Below are positions 51,455-64,000 of a stretch of 64,000 nucleotides of DNA, piece after piece. Position 1 is the stretch's first letter. The number at the start of each line of letters is the position of its first letter. The DNA is taken from the NCBI GenBank assembly GCA_964016885.1, contig OZ024742.1, forward strand, positions 265,856,001 to 265,920,000, written 5' to 3'. The stretch is from Eledone cirrhosa. Taxonomy: Eukaryota. A program made the translations under genes and the position numbers. The notes below the pieces were generated by a model. It was given only the letters and a program-made list of their open reading frames with translations, ran no database searches and was not told the origin of the DNA.

Positions 51455-54400
51455 CAGTACTATAAATCCACCAGTCAGCAATGCTCAGACACTGGACGAG
51501 TGCGTGCAAGACGGTTTCGTCGCCCTGCGCGCATCTCGGACATGCCCGGCTGAAGGCACTTCCATGCCTGTAGAGTTTATCCCGAACTGGCAAGGCTCCT
51601 TGGTAGCACTGCCAGGCCAGAGATTTCTGGAAGTTGTCCATAGGCCCCGGCTCAAAAATTCTCCCGAACAGATTAGCTAGTTGATTTTCGTCGACGTCCA
51701 AAGTCTCCCCAGGTACGTCGTCGCTCTTCCCCTCCACTAATCCTCTATAGAACGCCAAGGTGAAGTTTCCACCGATCGCCTTTCCCGACTGGTCGAGGGC
51801 TGTGAGCGCCTGAAGACATTTCGGTCACCAAGCGCTCCCTTTCGGTCTTCGCTTGACCCAGGACTGCAGTTCCGTCAAGGAGACGAGCTGGGGAAACACG
51901 CGTCTAGCAAATGGCGACCACACCTGATAACCGTCGAGGAAGGGGTGGAGATTTCATAGCCTGAGTGCGTGTCTGCGCATCATCAGCCACGGCTTGCCCA
52001 GCCCTCCACGTAGCGGGTGTTCACAGCAGATGGACCGCCTGACCATCGGAGCGCGTCCCTTCCGCAAAAAGCGAAAGAATAAATCTTCCAGCGCAGTCAG
52101 ACGAGGCTTAGGACAAGACACGACGGTCAGGCGGTAGTAGATGACGGACGCGATATACGCATTCGCCACTCCGCTTGACCTTTCAGAGATAGCTTCCTCT
52201 GCCCATTTCTGGGTGAGAGAAGCCACCCTGCTCGTCATCTCGTCCCAGTTTTTGTCGGTCTGGAGGTCTGGACCGAACCAGAGCCCTAGCAATTTAACCG
52301 GTCTGTCCGCCTAGCGCCCGACGACGCTGTTGGACGGCATGGGCCTGCCTCTCCAGGTGCCGAGCTGCAGGCCCACCGACTCTTCCTGGTTAATTATTGC
52401 TCCTTTCACCGCCTCGTATTCTCTTAGTGTACTGCCGATTGCTTCGATGTGTTTAGCGCTGGACACCACTACGGAGACGTCGTGTGCATATGCTGACACG
52501 GATCTTCCGAATCCTAGTTCCCTCGGTACCCCCCTCAAAGTCTCCAGTTTGTGCAGTAATGGCTCGAGAGTCAATGCGTACAACAGGGACGAGAGGGGAC
52601 ATCTTTGGCGGACCCGAGAACATGATGTTGAACGGTTCCGAAAGGTGACCGTTCACTCTCACCACAGAGCAGATGTCGCTGTACATGGCAACGATCCAGC
52701 CTCTGAAGACGGGCTCAAAGCCAGCCGCCCTCAGAACTGCCGCCAGATAACGATTGTAGACCCTATCGAAAACTTTCGACTGATCTAAATTGATCAAGGA
52801 CCCACCCGTGCCAGGTTCCCTAGCTACCCTCTCCACGATGTATCAAATGAGGTGGAGGTTGTCGTGGATAGATCTATCGAGAATGGCGCATGTCTGCGCC
52901 TCTCCCACCAGACCACCAACGACAAGCGCCAACCTCTTTGCTAGCACCTTGGCCAAAATCTTGAACTCAGAGTTATGGTCCTGAAATTATATATGTTAAC
53001 TCCCTTGTTTGGATCCTTACTCAGCAGCGCCACCGCTCCTCGGCTCACAAAGCTGGGAATTCTCCGGTTCTGTTTTCAGTTGCAGTAGACATCCGCCAAG
53101 AGGTCTCCGAACAAGTCTGGCATGTGTATGTAAAGTTCGTAGGGCAGACCATCCAAACCAGGCGATTTACCCCTTGTGCAACTAGTCATTGCATCCCGTA
53201 CTTCAGCGGTTGTTATCGACTTTTCGCAACACTCCGCCTCAGTGGCCGAGAGTCGCAGCAATCCGTCGAGGTAGGCACTAAAGTCCATCCCGCGATCCGG
53301 CCCGCCCTGCCCCATAACAGCTGGGCGAAGTATCGCTGAAAAGCTTCACACATTTGCCCGGCATCGAGTAGCATGCGCCCGTCGTGGTCCACCAAAGACC
53401 ACTCGGGCCCATTGAACGGCTTTCGTCCCCTCGTGTCTGAGAGCACGCACCCTAGCTCTGACAACGCAACCTTCGTGCTTTGCATTGAATAATTGGTCGA
53501 TGGCCAATTTCGCCGCGGTCGTACGTCGGTCGCGATGCCTTTACTAAGCGCCTCGTCTAATTTTCTAACTAGTTCTGCCTCTGCTCTATTTTTCTCTATT
53601 GCTAACGCCTTATTAAACCTAATGGACTCTATTCTAATCGCTCTTTTCAGAGCAAACCACCATTTGTTGTTGATGATGGCCCCCGCCAATGCCCGCTTAA
53701 CTAGTTCGCTAATCCGGTCTCTGTAGGCCTTGCGCGCTGTTATCGACGCGTTTGGCTTCCAGTAGCTGGGTCCCTGCCTATAAAGCCTATCTAAATCAAC
53801 CTCACAGATCACGAATTTGTGGTCCGTGTAGTCGACTATTTTGAAATGTGGACAGTCTATGCTAGACCTATCTATTTCCATACAAAATACCCTATCTAGA
53901 TATGATCTGGATGACCCGATTCGGTTTGTCCATGTCCACATTGGCACATTCGGGAAATCCAGACGTTGAAAGCGTCTGAGCAGGTTTGTGAGGCTTTTAC
54001 ACCCTCCTCCCCTATCCGCTAATCTCACACAGTCCCAGCGTGCATCTCAGATCCCGTTCCAGTTGCCCACAAACACTAAAGAGCGGGACGTTCCAAGAAA
54101 GGTCTCCAGACGCCGGAAGAAATCAGGCAACGCTACTCCTGTCGGGGCATAGACGGCCACTAACCTAAAAGCTTGTCCGTCTCCGCTGGTCACGTCCAAC
54201 ACCACCAACTTACCTAATTGGGTCCAGGAAGATGACTCGTATGGCGAGATCCAAGCCTCTCCGAAAAAGCAAAGCAAATCATCCCCCCGATCCAGGACAG
54301 CTGGGAGATGCATATACATCGTAGCCGCCGAACATCGGTGTGAAGGCTTGTGCTTCGGAGATTCTGGTCTCGCTGATGGCCACCAGATCTATGTTTAGTG

Positions 54401-54485
54401 ACCTGAGGTCGTTGAGCAGGTGGCCCTGCTTCCATGACGATCCCAGGCCACGTGCATTTATGCTGCCTATTCTGAGTAAGGTCAT
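51455..54485 (-). pseudogene. LINE ORF2 (APE-RT-CCHC) with stops and frameshifts
   Basis: LRIGSINARGL...VAISET, AVYAP, SYLDRVF, TDH, KSPGLDGLPYELY, LDQSKVFDR, AYAHDV, LGLWFG, CPRCAQGDETVLHALVQC. Confidence 0.9.
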
Positions 54486-54925
54486 CTTGAAAAGGAGTGG
54501 AAAAAGATGGGAAAGACCACTTACCTCACTTCTTGTGGAGGAAGGATGGGTTATCCGTCCTTCTCATTGCTTGTGGCCCCCTCCGGAAGGATGTCTTTAT
54601 AAATCCTCCTGGAAAGTGTTTGTCGGAAGTCTCCGATCTCCTTGGGAAATTTTAATTTTAGTGTCGTGTACGTTTTCTGTGTGATGCGAGTGATTTGTAT
54701 GTGTGGGGGTGGTGTGCATTTTTGGGGTGTTGTATAGTCTTTTTCTGTGGTGCTGTTGTTGTATTGGATGTAGTGTAATAATTGGTTGTTGTTCAAATTT
54801 AATGCTGTATAGTGTGTATCATTTTGGTTGCTTTGTTTTGTTTACGTTTGTTGTAGGTTTGTCTCTGTTTCGCTTGTTGGTGATTTTTGTGGTGTTGGTG
54901 ATGGTGGTGTTTGGGTTAATGATGG

Positions 54926-56404
54926 TTATGGTGTTGGTGTTTGTGGTGATGGGGCTGGTGATGCTGGTGTGGGTGGTGACATGGCTGTCTTAACTTTTTT
55001 GTTAGTTTGTTTGTTTGTTTCGCCCTGCATTTTGTTTTTGGAGGGCGAAGGAAGAGGATTTTTTTTTTTTGCTTTCTTTTTTTTCTTCTTTTTTCCAGAT
55101 ACAGTTTCCCACTCCTCCTCGTCGTCACAATCTGTCTCCAGTTGCGAGAGGTCAGGGAGTGGAAAATCCTCCACAGGCGTTGGTTTTGGTTGTGGCGTGG
55201 TGAATGGTGGAGGCGCTGGTGCTAGTTCTGGCGCGGTGGGTGGTGGTGGTATTGGTTTTGTTACTGTAGCTGCTACAGTTTCTGGGGTTGTTGCTGCTAC
55301 AGTTGTTGCTGCTATTCCTGCTTCTGGTTTTGATTGTTGAGTCACTGGGGTGGGCAGGAGAGGTGGCCTCAACTTTTTAGCCTGAAGGCAGAAAGCCTGT
55401 TGGTGGGTTCCTTCGGCACAAACGACACACCTAGGCCTTCTACCCTCAACGATTACGGTGAGGCGGCTGCCGTCATTGAGGTCTATCACCTCTGGAATTT
55501 CCTGTATGGTTTTTGGTCCGCTTGGATCAAGAGCTCCATCCCAGATCCGGACCAGTTCTCCTGGTTTACTTTTATCACCTCAATTACTTTAGTGTCGGCC
55601 TCGAAATCGGCGAGAACCTCAGCCATTAGCCAGGGAATTTCAATCGCCGGCGGAACCTGAGTCACTCTGATCCTTACCAGCCTCTGACCACAATAGCTTG
55701 GGACGAGTGTGAACTCGTCACTTTTTAATGGGGCCATGGAGTGCTTTCTGGCTTCCTGTGGGGTTCCAAAGAACACGTCCACGGTTCCATATTTTTGCCC
55801 ACGTCTGATGTGGGGTTTTTGAGCCCACACATGTCCCAAAGCTTTTTGTATCTGGGACTCGGATGCACGTTCCATTCGGCGTGTTTTAATGTTTATCGTG
55901 CGATATGACACGGTGCATAGGCGCCGATGCTCCATGGTATTAGATGGGGGCGGGGAGGCTGACCCTGTAACCATATTTTTTACCATTCTCTTGGCTTCAT
56001 TCAATTCCTCCTGGCTTACCTCAACCGTTTCATTTTTGTTTGGTGGTATCAGTGGCGTTCGGCGTGGAAGAGTCCTTTTTCGGAGAATCCATTTCGATAT
56101 CACGAGATAATAATTTATTTTTTGTTAGAGTTGTTGCTGTGGTGGTGGTGGTGGTGGTGGTGGTAGTGGTGGTATCAGTGGTGTTGGTTGTTCTTTTTGA
56201 CACTGTGGTGGTGGGGATGGCGGCTTTAACACCTGTAGACATTGTTAATGACGGGAAATCCATATCTGCATGTGACAAATCTAAATAACTGCCACTGCTA
56301 TTACTTATATTTTCAGTGTTGGTAACCGTAGCAAGGTTTACAATGGTGGTGGTGGTGGGAGATGTTAGTATGTCAGGAGATTTGGGTGGCTGAATGCCGT
56401 CCAT
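54926..56404 (-). pseudogene. LINE ORF1 (Thr-rich N-terminus, RRM-like region, Zn-knuckle-like motif, Pro/Lys-rich tail), frameshifted
   Basis: Overlapping ORFs 56030-56404, 55486-56103, 54926-55489; GRRPRCVVCAEGTHQQAFC; EWETVSGKKKKK. Confidence 0.8.
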
Positions 56405-56637
56405 GATTTTTTTTCAAAGAAATTTTTGTTTGATAAAATAAAAGTTTAAATTCTGGGCTCAAGGCCCCAATATTATTGAGTGTCCTTTTCAGAAAGTAAT
56501 ATATATGAACTTATAAACATTTAACAACAACAATTTTCCATAACTGGCAATTTGAAACAACTGAAAACAACAAACCTTTGTGGAGCTCACGATAATACGA
56601 TTTCCTATGTAGGTCGCCAATAATAATAATAATAATA

Positions 56638-56687
<50 letters not shown>

Positions 56688-56688
<1 letters not shown>

Positions 56689-56853
56689 GCTACTTTTGGC
56701 ACAAGGCCAGCAATTATCCTAGTGCATTACTTGTACTTTATTTTACCGACCCCGTAAGAATGAAAGGCAAAGTTAACCTCGGCGGGATTTGAACTCAGAA
56801 TGACAGGGGCCGTAACTCTATGCGTCAAAGCATAGTGTCCGACCCTCTACCGA
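56688..56853 (-). mobile_element. tRNA-derived SINE followed by an (AAT)n/(ATT)n tract
   Basis: Reverse-complement match to the family consensus. Confidence 0.88.
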
Positions 56854-56991
56854 TAAATAATAAATAGGGAACAAAGAATCAATATTGTATCATATACATA
56901 TTTATTTACATATTACATATGTTTCACTGCCGACTAGCTCGAGGAATATATATAAAACTGTTTGAGTATGTAAGCATTCTTTGGTTTCTTT

Positions 56992-57026
<35 letters not shown>

Positions 57027-57140
57027 TAGCGGAGCTACCCGGCTTCGCTCAGTGTTAAAAAGCTTATTTAGAAAAGAATAATATTAACATTTTAATCGTT
57101 ATTTAAAAACTTCTGTAATTTAGTTTCTATTTTTTAGATT

Positions 57141-60100
57141 TTAACATTTATCTTTAAATGACTGAATGACTGACGAATTTAAAGAAAATTCGTTATAAGA
57201 ACATTTAATTTGTTTTACTGAAGTGCTTTTGGATACACAATGTTTTTTTGTTTTTCCTTCTGGTGCGTACACGAATAAATCAGAAGGTTTACCGACGCGT
57301 GAGCAAGCCACATACAGCTGTCCATGTGAGAAGCATGGATTTTCTAAATTTAGTCCACACACTTGTAGCGATTGTCCTTGTGCTTTGTTGATAGTCATTG
57401 CAAAGGCGAGTCGCACTGGAAACTGCAAACGTTTGAAATCGAATGGCGTATCTGTTGGAATGATTGGGATGCGTGGCAAGAGTACATCTTCTACTTTAAA
57501 TTTTCCATTTAAAATTGTAGCCTCGATGATATTGTTCATCGTCTTTTTCACTGAAAGTCTGGTACCGTTGCAAAGTTGTGGTGGATTGATGTTTCGGAGA
57601 AGGATGATAGGCACGCCAATTTTCAATGTTAAAATGTGCGGTGGCATGCCTGGCAAATCAAGTGAATTCAAGAATTCAATTGGATAATTGATAATTTCGT
57701 CTTGATTCATTACAGTATCGATGGACTTATACGTTGTCGCTTCGCCTGGTATTTCGTTTTGAATGCTGAAATTAATGGCATTGACATCGGTGTTTTTGGC
57801 TGCTAATATAGCACTGATGATTTTTGTAATGCTGCGCAATATTTGGGAACACTTTGTGAATCAGTTCGTCTCTGGTTGCCGTGATTCTACAGAAGTTTGT
57901 TGGCAATGTGATACATTTTGTGGAATCATCGATTACCATTTTCCCATTCCCAATATCCAGCAATTGTTTTGTGAAACGTTCAGCGGATGCGTCATTTTGT
58001 AGTTGTACACGCATATTGTTTTTTAAAGTTAATTTCTGTACGTGTCGCCATAAAACTGATGATTTGAGACATGCATTAAGCTCATCAGCGGGTGTTGATC
58101 GCGGTATAATTGGTAGAGTTTGTCGAAAATCACCAGACAATAAAATGAGTGTGCCACCGAAGAGCTGTTCATTTCCTTTCAAATCTTTTAGCGTATTATT
58201 AAGCGCTTCCAATGATTGTTTATGCTCCATAGTACATTCGTCCCATATAATGATTTTACATGATTGGAGTACTTTACCTATACCAGAATTTTTGGTAATA
58301 TTGCATGTTGATGTCTCAGCAATTTGCATATTCAATGGCAATTTCAGGGCTGAATGTGCTGTTCGGCCACCATCTAAAAGAGTTGCCGCAATTCCAGATG
58401 ATGCGATTGCCAGTGCAATATTATTTTCTGATCGTATAGTTGCCAAAATAAGTGAAATGAGAAACGTTTTGCCTGTACCACCGGGCGCATCTATAAAATA
58501 CAATCCGCCGCTTTGACTTATAATTGCCTGCATAATTTGGTCATATACTATGCGTTGTTCTGGTAGCAATTTGGGAAGATTCGTTTGAACAAATGTACCC
58601 AATTCGGCGACATCAAAGTTTGTTTCTCGTTGCAAATCACGATCGAAAATGTCGTTTACAGATCGATTCGGCGCAGGCATTCCCAATAGTACCAATGTTT
58701 TGTTAGCGATTGCTAAACATATGACCTCAATGGAAACCAATGCTTCATTATACACATTTGGTGTGAATTGAATATTCATATTTTGATTTGTTGCACGCAA
58801 ACGATGTAGGATGTCTTCACTCATGTAGTCTTTATATTTTTCCCAAAGATCTTTTGGATTTGATGGGAAGCACGTTGTCAATATTATTGAGAATAATGTG
58901 CGTATTTGCTTTGGTCGAGCAGTATTCGATGCATCAGCGAGTGAAGTGTCCCAATGTCCATCATTTTCAAGAAGATTTAATTCTTGGCAAGCTTGACGAT
59001 AAGTGGCACATACTTGACCGTTTACTGTTCTCAATTCTTGGAATGATGTCGGTCCACGTATGTTAATTAACAACAATCGCAAATAAAAGCATTCTGCATT
59101 ATTTGGGTGAACAGTGTACAAACGGCCTAACGCGTCGGTCGAATATAAATTTGGATGTCCTTCAACTACTTTACCCTGTTTGCGACGTTTAAACTTTTTC
59201 GTTGGTGTATTCCATGTGTAATATGTTGGCACTTCAGAATAAAGTAGTGTCTTTGCAAACACATCTTCGCTGCACAATGAGAAAAACGCAGTTAACGTTG
59301 TTGGCGGTGGTGTCAGTGCCCTTGCACGTACATTTTCAGTTGTGAAGTATACGCGCTGTTCATGTTCAAGGTGCACCGCCAAATGAACAACTGTTGGATG
59401 TCGATGATGGATTGGAAATGATAAAATGCGCCATACTGCTTCATTACTACTAATGTAGCGTCCCAGTTGGTTTTGGTCGATTTCATCGATAAGTGTAGTT
59501 GCATTGCACACTCCAAAGACTGCCATATCGCTTCCTTTGTTGATATATTTGCAAATGTACTTGATCGCTTTCACCGAATTGCAATACTCGACATTGATGT
59601 GTGCTTTGAACGTCTTCGAGAGTAACGGTGAATATGGTACAACCCAACGATTATTGACTTCAACATAATTGTTTCGTACTTTTAAAGTGATGGATTTGCC
59701 GCCATCTTCAGTTGCTCGTCGACGATAGAGTGGATATCCGTCATTGCCAGTGATAGTGTCGGCAAGTAAGTCTTTTGGGTATTGTTTCGTGCATTTCCCA
59801 TCAGACATGCATGGTGAATTGTTGTTGAGTAAGCCACATGGACCATGAATCATGTTTTTAGTGATGACTTCAAATAAGTCTGGATCAACGTTGACATCTG
59901 GTATTTCTGCTGAGATGATTTGATCAATTTGATCTGGTGTGACTTTTTCAATCAACCAAATCAAAATGTGTGCATGTGGCAATCCTCTTTTTTGCCATTC
60001 AATGGAATACATCCAACAGCGTGTCTCTCCAAAAACATGATGCTTGACAATGAAATCGATTAAAGATTTCAATTTTTGTTTGAACACACGCGCTGTAATA

Positions 60101-61649
60101 TCATGACGATCCGAAGATGATTGACCAGGTAACAAAAGTTCTTTAATTTCATCCCATGATTGCATGTGAATGTAATGAACAAATCTGGACGGCCATATGC
60201 GCGAACATATGTCATTGCATCTTGTGCGTATTCATGCATGTGCCGTGGACTCCCTGTAAATGTAGCCGGCAGTATGACCATGTTCCCCAATTCATTAGGA
60301 TTCATATTGCCATCATTAAGAATGGCATCACGTAAATGAATGTACTCTTCTGAACGTAGCTCGGTTTGATTCAATCGAATGTAGAGAAGTCGTTCGGTTT
60401 CGATTTTTGCATACATATCGACAATGTATTGATGGAACAATTGTCGACATTTCAAAATATGATTTTCACCGTTTTCACGAATCATTAATCTATATGAATA
60501 ATAATTCATGGCACTGACTTTCTTATTCGTTTCCTCATCTGTTTCTGGATTTCTCAGTTTGATGTTGAAATGATATCCATCTTCTCCTTGCCAAAATAAA
60601 ATTGGATATTGCAATCCATCGTATGACCGATGCGTTTCTGAGACTCGCTGAACATCACCATTTCTGCGGTGAAGAATTATATCACGCGAGTTAAATTCTT
60701 CACCTACTATAACGATCGCCACTTCATCAATTGTTGGTGCATTGTACTGTCTTTGATGTTGGCCAACAGGTGTTTTGTCTGCTCTAACTACAATTGTGTA
60801 GTCATCATTTGGCATTTGTTCCAGGGCAGCTCTGAACAATCTAATTAATTTGTTGTGTTGATTGAATAAAGTTTGTAATGCAGTAACAATTTCTCGTTTA
60901 GTTCCCCTATTGAATTTGCAACGTTGATCTATTTGGTCATCAGTGTTTCCCATGAAATAAATTTGAAGAAATTTGTGATCTGCGTCCGGCAGTGGTAGTA
61001 GTGATCCAGCACGATGATAAATTTGCCCTTGCACTTTGAATGTTGGCATGTAATTCTCGCGCACGATATTTGTTGCACCGAACGATGTCATTTGGAAACA
61101 TGAATTGTACTTGCGTATGTTTGCCAAGAAATGTTTAGATTCGCTTGTGTCACCTGATACTAACGTTGATAATGGTTCAGGTGGTGGATGTAATTCTGGC
61201 AATTTCACTTTTCCACCCGAGCAGCACATTCCTGGTGTTTCATTTTTAAATTTGAGGGCACCACAATACCCGCATAATTTATCCATTTTTCCAATAATCA
61301 CACTTGGATGAAGACTGTAATCACAATTTGAATCGTAATGAAATGCACCAAGATTGAAATCATCGTGCAGTATTCTTCTTGTGAGAGCATTGCGTAGTCG
61401 ATTCGTTTCCAATCTTGCTTTCCGTTGCTCGTCTGTTTCAGATGAACGGGCTTGAGCAGTTCTTACTCGAACGGTTTGCAATCTTGCTTCCCGTTGCTCG
61501 TATGTTTCAGATGAACGGGCTTGAGCAGTTCTTACTCGAACGGTTTCCAATCGTGATTCCCGTTGCTCGTATGTTTCTGAAGCTCGTAATGCATATTTTT
61601 TCGTTGCTTGAGGGGTAGATTGACCAATCACTCGTCGTTTGGGAGGCAT
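57141..61649 (-). pseudogene. Helitron Rep/Helicase split by frameshifts near 60160 and 57810
   Basis: Zn finger CGYC...CC; PDLFITFTCN; HUH motif QKRGLPHAHILIW; YICKYINK; Walker A DAPGGTGKT; IIWDE; GDFRQ; RLQFPVRLAFAMTINKAQGQS; HGQLYVACSRV (PIF1-like). Confidence 0.95.
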
Positions 61650-61658
61650 AATTGAATA

Positions 61659-61965
61659 GAAAATATTTTATCACAATCACTCTACCGAAATGAGAAGTAG
61701 TGTGAAATACGTATGAAGAACTCAATGTAATCGAAATGTAGAAGGAGTCATAACCAATATGTATGTGTTGATTGATGATATAAACAATTGTAAAAACAGA
61801 GTGAAAAAATAAAGGAAAATATTTTATCACAATCACTCTACCGAAATGAGCAGTAGTGTGAAATACGTATGAAGAACTCAATGTAATCGAAATGTAGAAT
61901 GAGTCATAACCAATATGTATGTGTTGATTGATGATATAAACAATTGTAAAAACAGAGTGAAAATA
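61659..61965. repeat. 156-bp tandem duplication upstream of the Helitron ORF
   Basis: GAAAATATTTTATCACAATCACTCTACCGAAATGAG at 61659 and 61815. Confidence 0.92.
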
Positions 61966-62106
61966 ATACAAATTATTCAGACAAAATAACACGTACCTCA
62001 GTCCTTCATCAGAAAATTACAGTATATAAGGAAAATGGATCATGGTATTATAAGTGATCATTGTTTATGTGGTAGGGTAATAAAACTAAAAATATAAAAC
62101 CAAAGT

Positions 62107-62590
62107 ATGAAGAAATAAGTAGTAACTTCTATAGAGATAAAGGTAGGGAAGGTAAGCTGCTGGTGTAAGTCCAGGTCAGGAAAATAAGGACAGACGAAAT
62201 GAAGATATCAAATTACAGCAGTTAGTGGCTATAAGATAGCTAGAGTAGAAATTCTAGTGATTGGCTATAAGATAGCTAGAGTAGAAATTCTAGTGATAAT
62301 AGTGGAAGAGAGATATAATATTTTAAGAATATTAAAACACCAAGGTATTATAATATTTTAAGAATATCAAAACACCAAGGTATTAAAAAGGAAACCCAGA
62401 AACGGTATATGGAGAAATGATGAAAAACAGGAAAAAACTCTATATAGATACATAGACTAAAAGAAAAGGATGAAGAAATAAGTAGTAACTTCTATAGAGA
62501 TAAAGGTAGGGAAGATAAGCTGTTGGTTTATGTCCAGGTCAGAAAAATAAGGACAGACGAAATGAAGATATCAAATTACAGCACTTAGTT
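62107..62590. repeat. ~120-bp direct repeats (period ~363) plus short tandem duplications in the Helitron 5' region
   Basis: TGAAGAAATAAGTAGTAACTTCTATAGAGATAAAGGTAGGGAAG at 62108 and 62471. Confidence 0.85.
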
Positions 62591-63103
62591 AAGGGCTAGC
62601 TGAAAAAGATTTCCCTGTAATGGGAGTGGAAGGGAAGTAACGTGAAACAGACACTATACTAATTCTATTGAAATTATATTAAATTAAAGAGAGAATTTAC
62701 TAATTCTATTGAAATTATATTAAATTAAAGAGAGAATACTAATTCTATTGAAATTATCTTTAATTAAAAAAATTTCACACTCGCTCTTTCACTCACTCTT
62801 TGTCTATACGTTGATTTCTCTTTCTCCGTTTATAGCACTCTCTCTTTGTCTATACGTTGCTCTTTCACTCTCTCTTTGTCTATACGTTGATTTCTCTTTC
62901 TCCGTTTATAACTTTAGAGACAGTCTAATATAGGGAGTGGTTCAAAGCAGCCAGACTACTCGCTCTTTCACTCTCTGTTTGTCTATACGTTGATTTCTCT
63001 TTCTCCGTTTATATCTTTGGACAAACAAACAAACATACATTCATTTTTATATATATAGATTATGGAATACTGTTAGCTTCTCGCTACAATTTCTATACTT
63101 TTC

Positions 63104-63158
<55 letters not shown>

Positions 63159-64000
63159 GGTGTGTGTTGGTTAATTACCGACACTTCAGTATGCAGGTTA
63201 GAGCACTCAACGAAGTGCGCAGGTGGGTCTGTTTACTCCGGAGTAATTTAAAAACAGATATGTTAGTCAACAGGTTAAAATTAACTTCGTTTATTCATAT
63301 TCACTGTTATATATATAGTTGGTGATAACCATTATTCAACAGCTATGACCTCATCAGACAGCTAGAACTTGAACAGAAAAAAACAGAAAAACAAAATGAT
63401 AGAATAAAGTTTACTTCTATTATTTCGATCATTTGATATGCCCAGTCCCAAAGTATGGTGTTGTTTTCTCAAAGAACTGGTGGAGTTCTTGTTGCTGTAG
63501 CTGGCTGCTATTTCTGCCGTTGTTGCTGCTGTTGCTACCGTTGCTGCTGCTGTTTCTGCCATTGTTACTGTTGTTGCTTCCGGTGCTGCTACTGTTATAA
63601 CCATCGTCCTTTTTGTTACTTCGATGATTTGATAGGCTGTTATATTGGCCATAAGTGTAACCAGTGATACTGATAATAATGGCTGCCTGACTAATTATAA
63701 AAGTAATTATAATTATAACAGCTATAGTAATAATAATGATACTAAACATCCTGGTATTGATGGAAAAATATAATAATATAAGAATATAGTAATATATAGT
63801 ACATATAATATTGCATAATAATCCATATACATACATGCATACATATACGTGTGTATGTACTGACACAAGTGGATGGTTGCATACAGAACAGGAACAGGCT
63901 GGGATGCGACCGGGAGATTAATACCTGACAGTGTTTAAATAAGTGTTTAAAAAATATATATAGCGGCACTGCCGTGAATGTTACAAGTAAAATTACAAAT

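Larger units (their letters stand above)
51455..56510 (-). mobile_element. Tx1/L1-like two-ORF LINE, near full length, decayed
   Basis: 5' UTR, ORF1 and ORF2 in the expected order on the minus strand; 3' end appears truncated after the Zn knuckle. Confidence 0.88.
57026..63059 (-). mobile_element. Helitron, full length (~6.0 kb)
   Basis: 5' A|TCTATATATATAAAAATGAATG at 63059; 3' GAGCGAAGCCGGGTAGCTCCG-CTAG|T at 57026 (imperfect hairpin + CTRR); A/T target, no TSD; RepHel coding inside. Confidence 0.93.

Noticed and set aside
57223-58516. Plus-strand ORFs of 154 and 211 aa
   Set aside because: Antisense shadows of the Helitron helicase frame.
63325-63365. Minus-strand CUGAUGAG followed by GAAU
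   Set aside because: No credible stem II or stem III; may be a decayed remnant but is unsupported.

Overview
AT-rich, microsatellite-dense eukaryotic (metazoan) DNA made almost entirely of transposon debris. The recurrent tRNA-derived SINE and the repeat landscape suggest a cephalopod (Octopus-like) genome; this is an inference. No host protein-coding gene can be supported. Recognisable parts: several RTE-clade LINE pieces, R4/Dong-like and CRE-like REL-endonuclease LINE pieces, a decayed Tx1/L1-like LINE plus a related ORF1 fragment, a young Neptune-type Penelope-like element (PLE) with ~1.9-kb inverted arms, two decayed PLEs, a full-length frameshifted Helitron (57026-63059), a hAT MITE, about 15 SINE copies and a 29-bp satellite with higher-order duplication. 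The most interesting signal is a set of small non-coding elements in (TA)n tracts carrying type I hammerhead ribozyme (HHR) motifs with unusual features: U3-A8 core covariation, large stem II insertions and minimal palindromic stem III. One family occurs as two circularly permuted copies of a ~543-nt unit (29.4-30.0 kb and 49.1-49.6 kb), as expected of a retrozyme-like circular or tandem RNA mobilised in trans by PLE machinery. All structures were read by eye; none was computed or searched.
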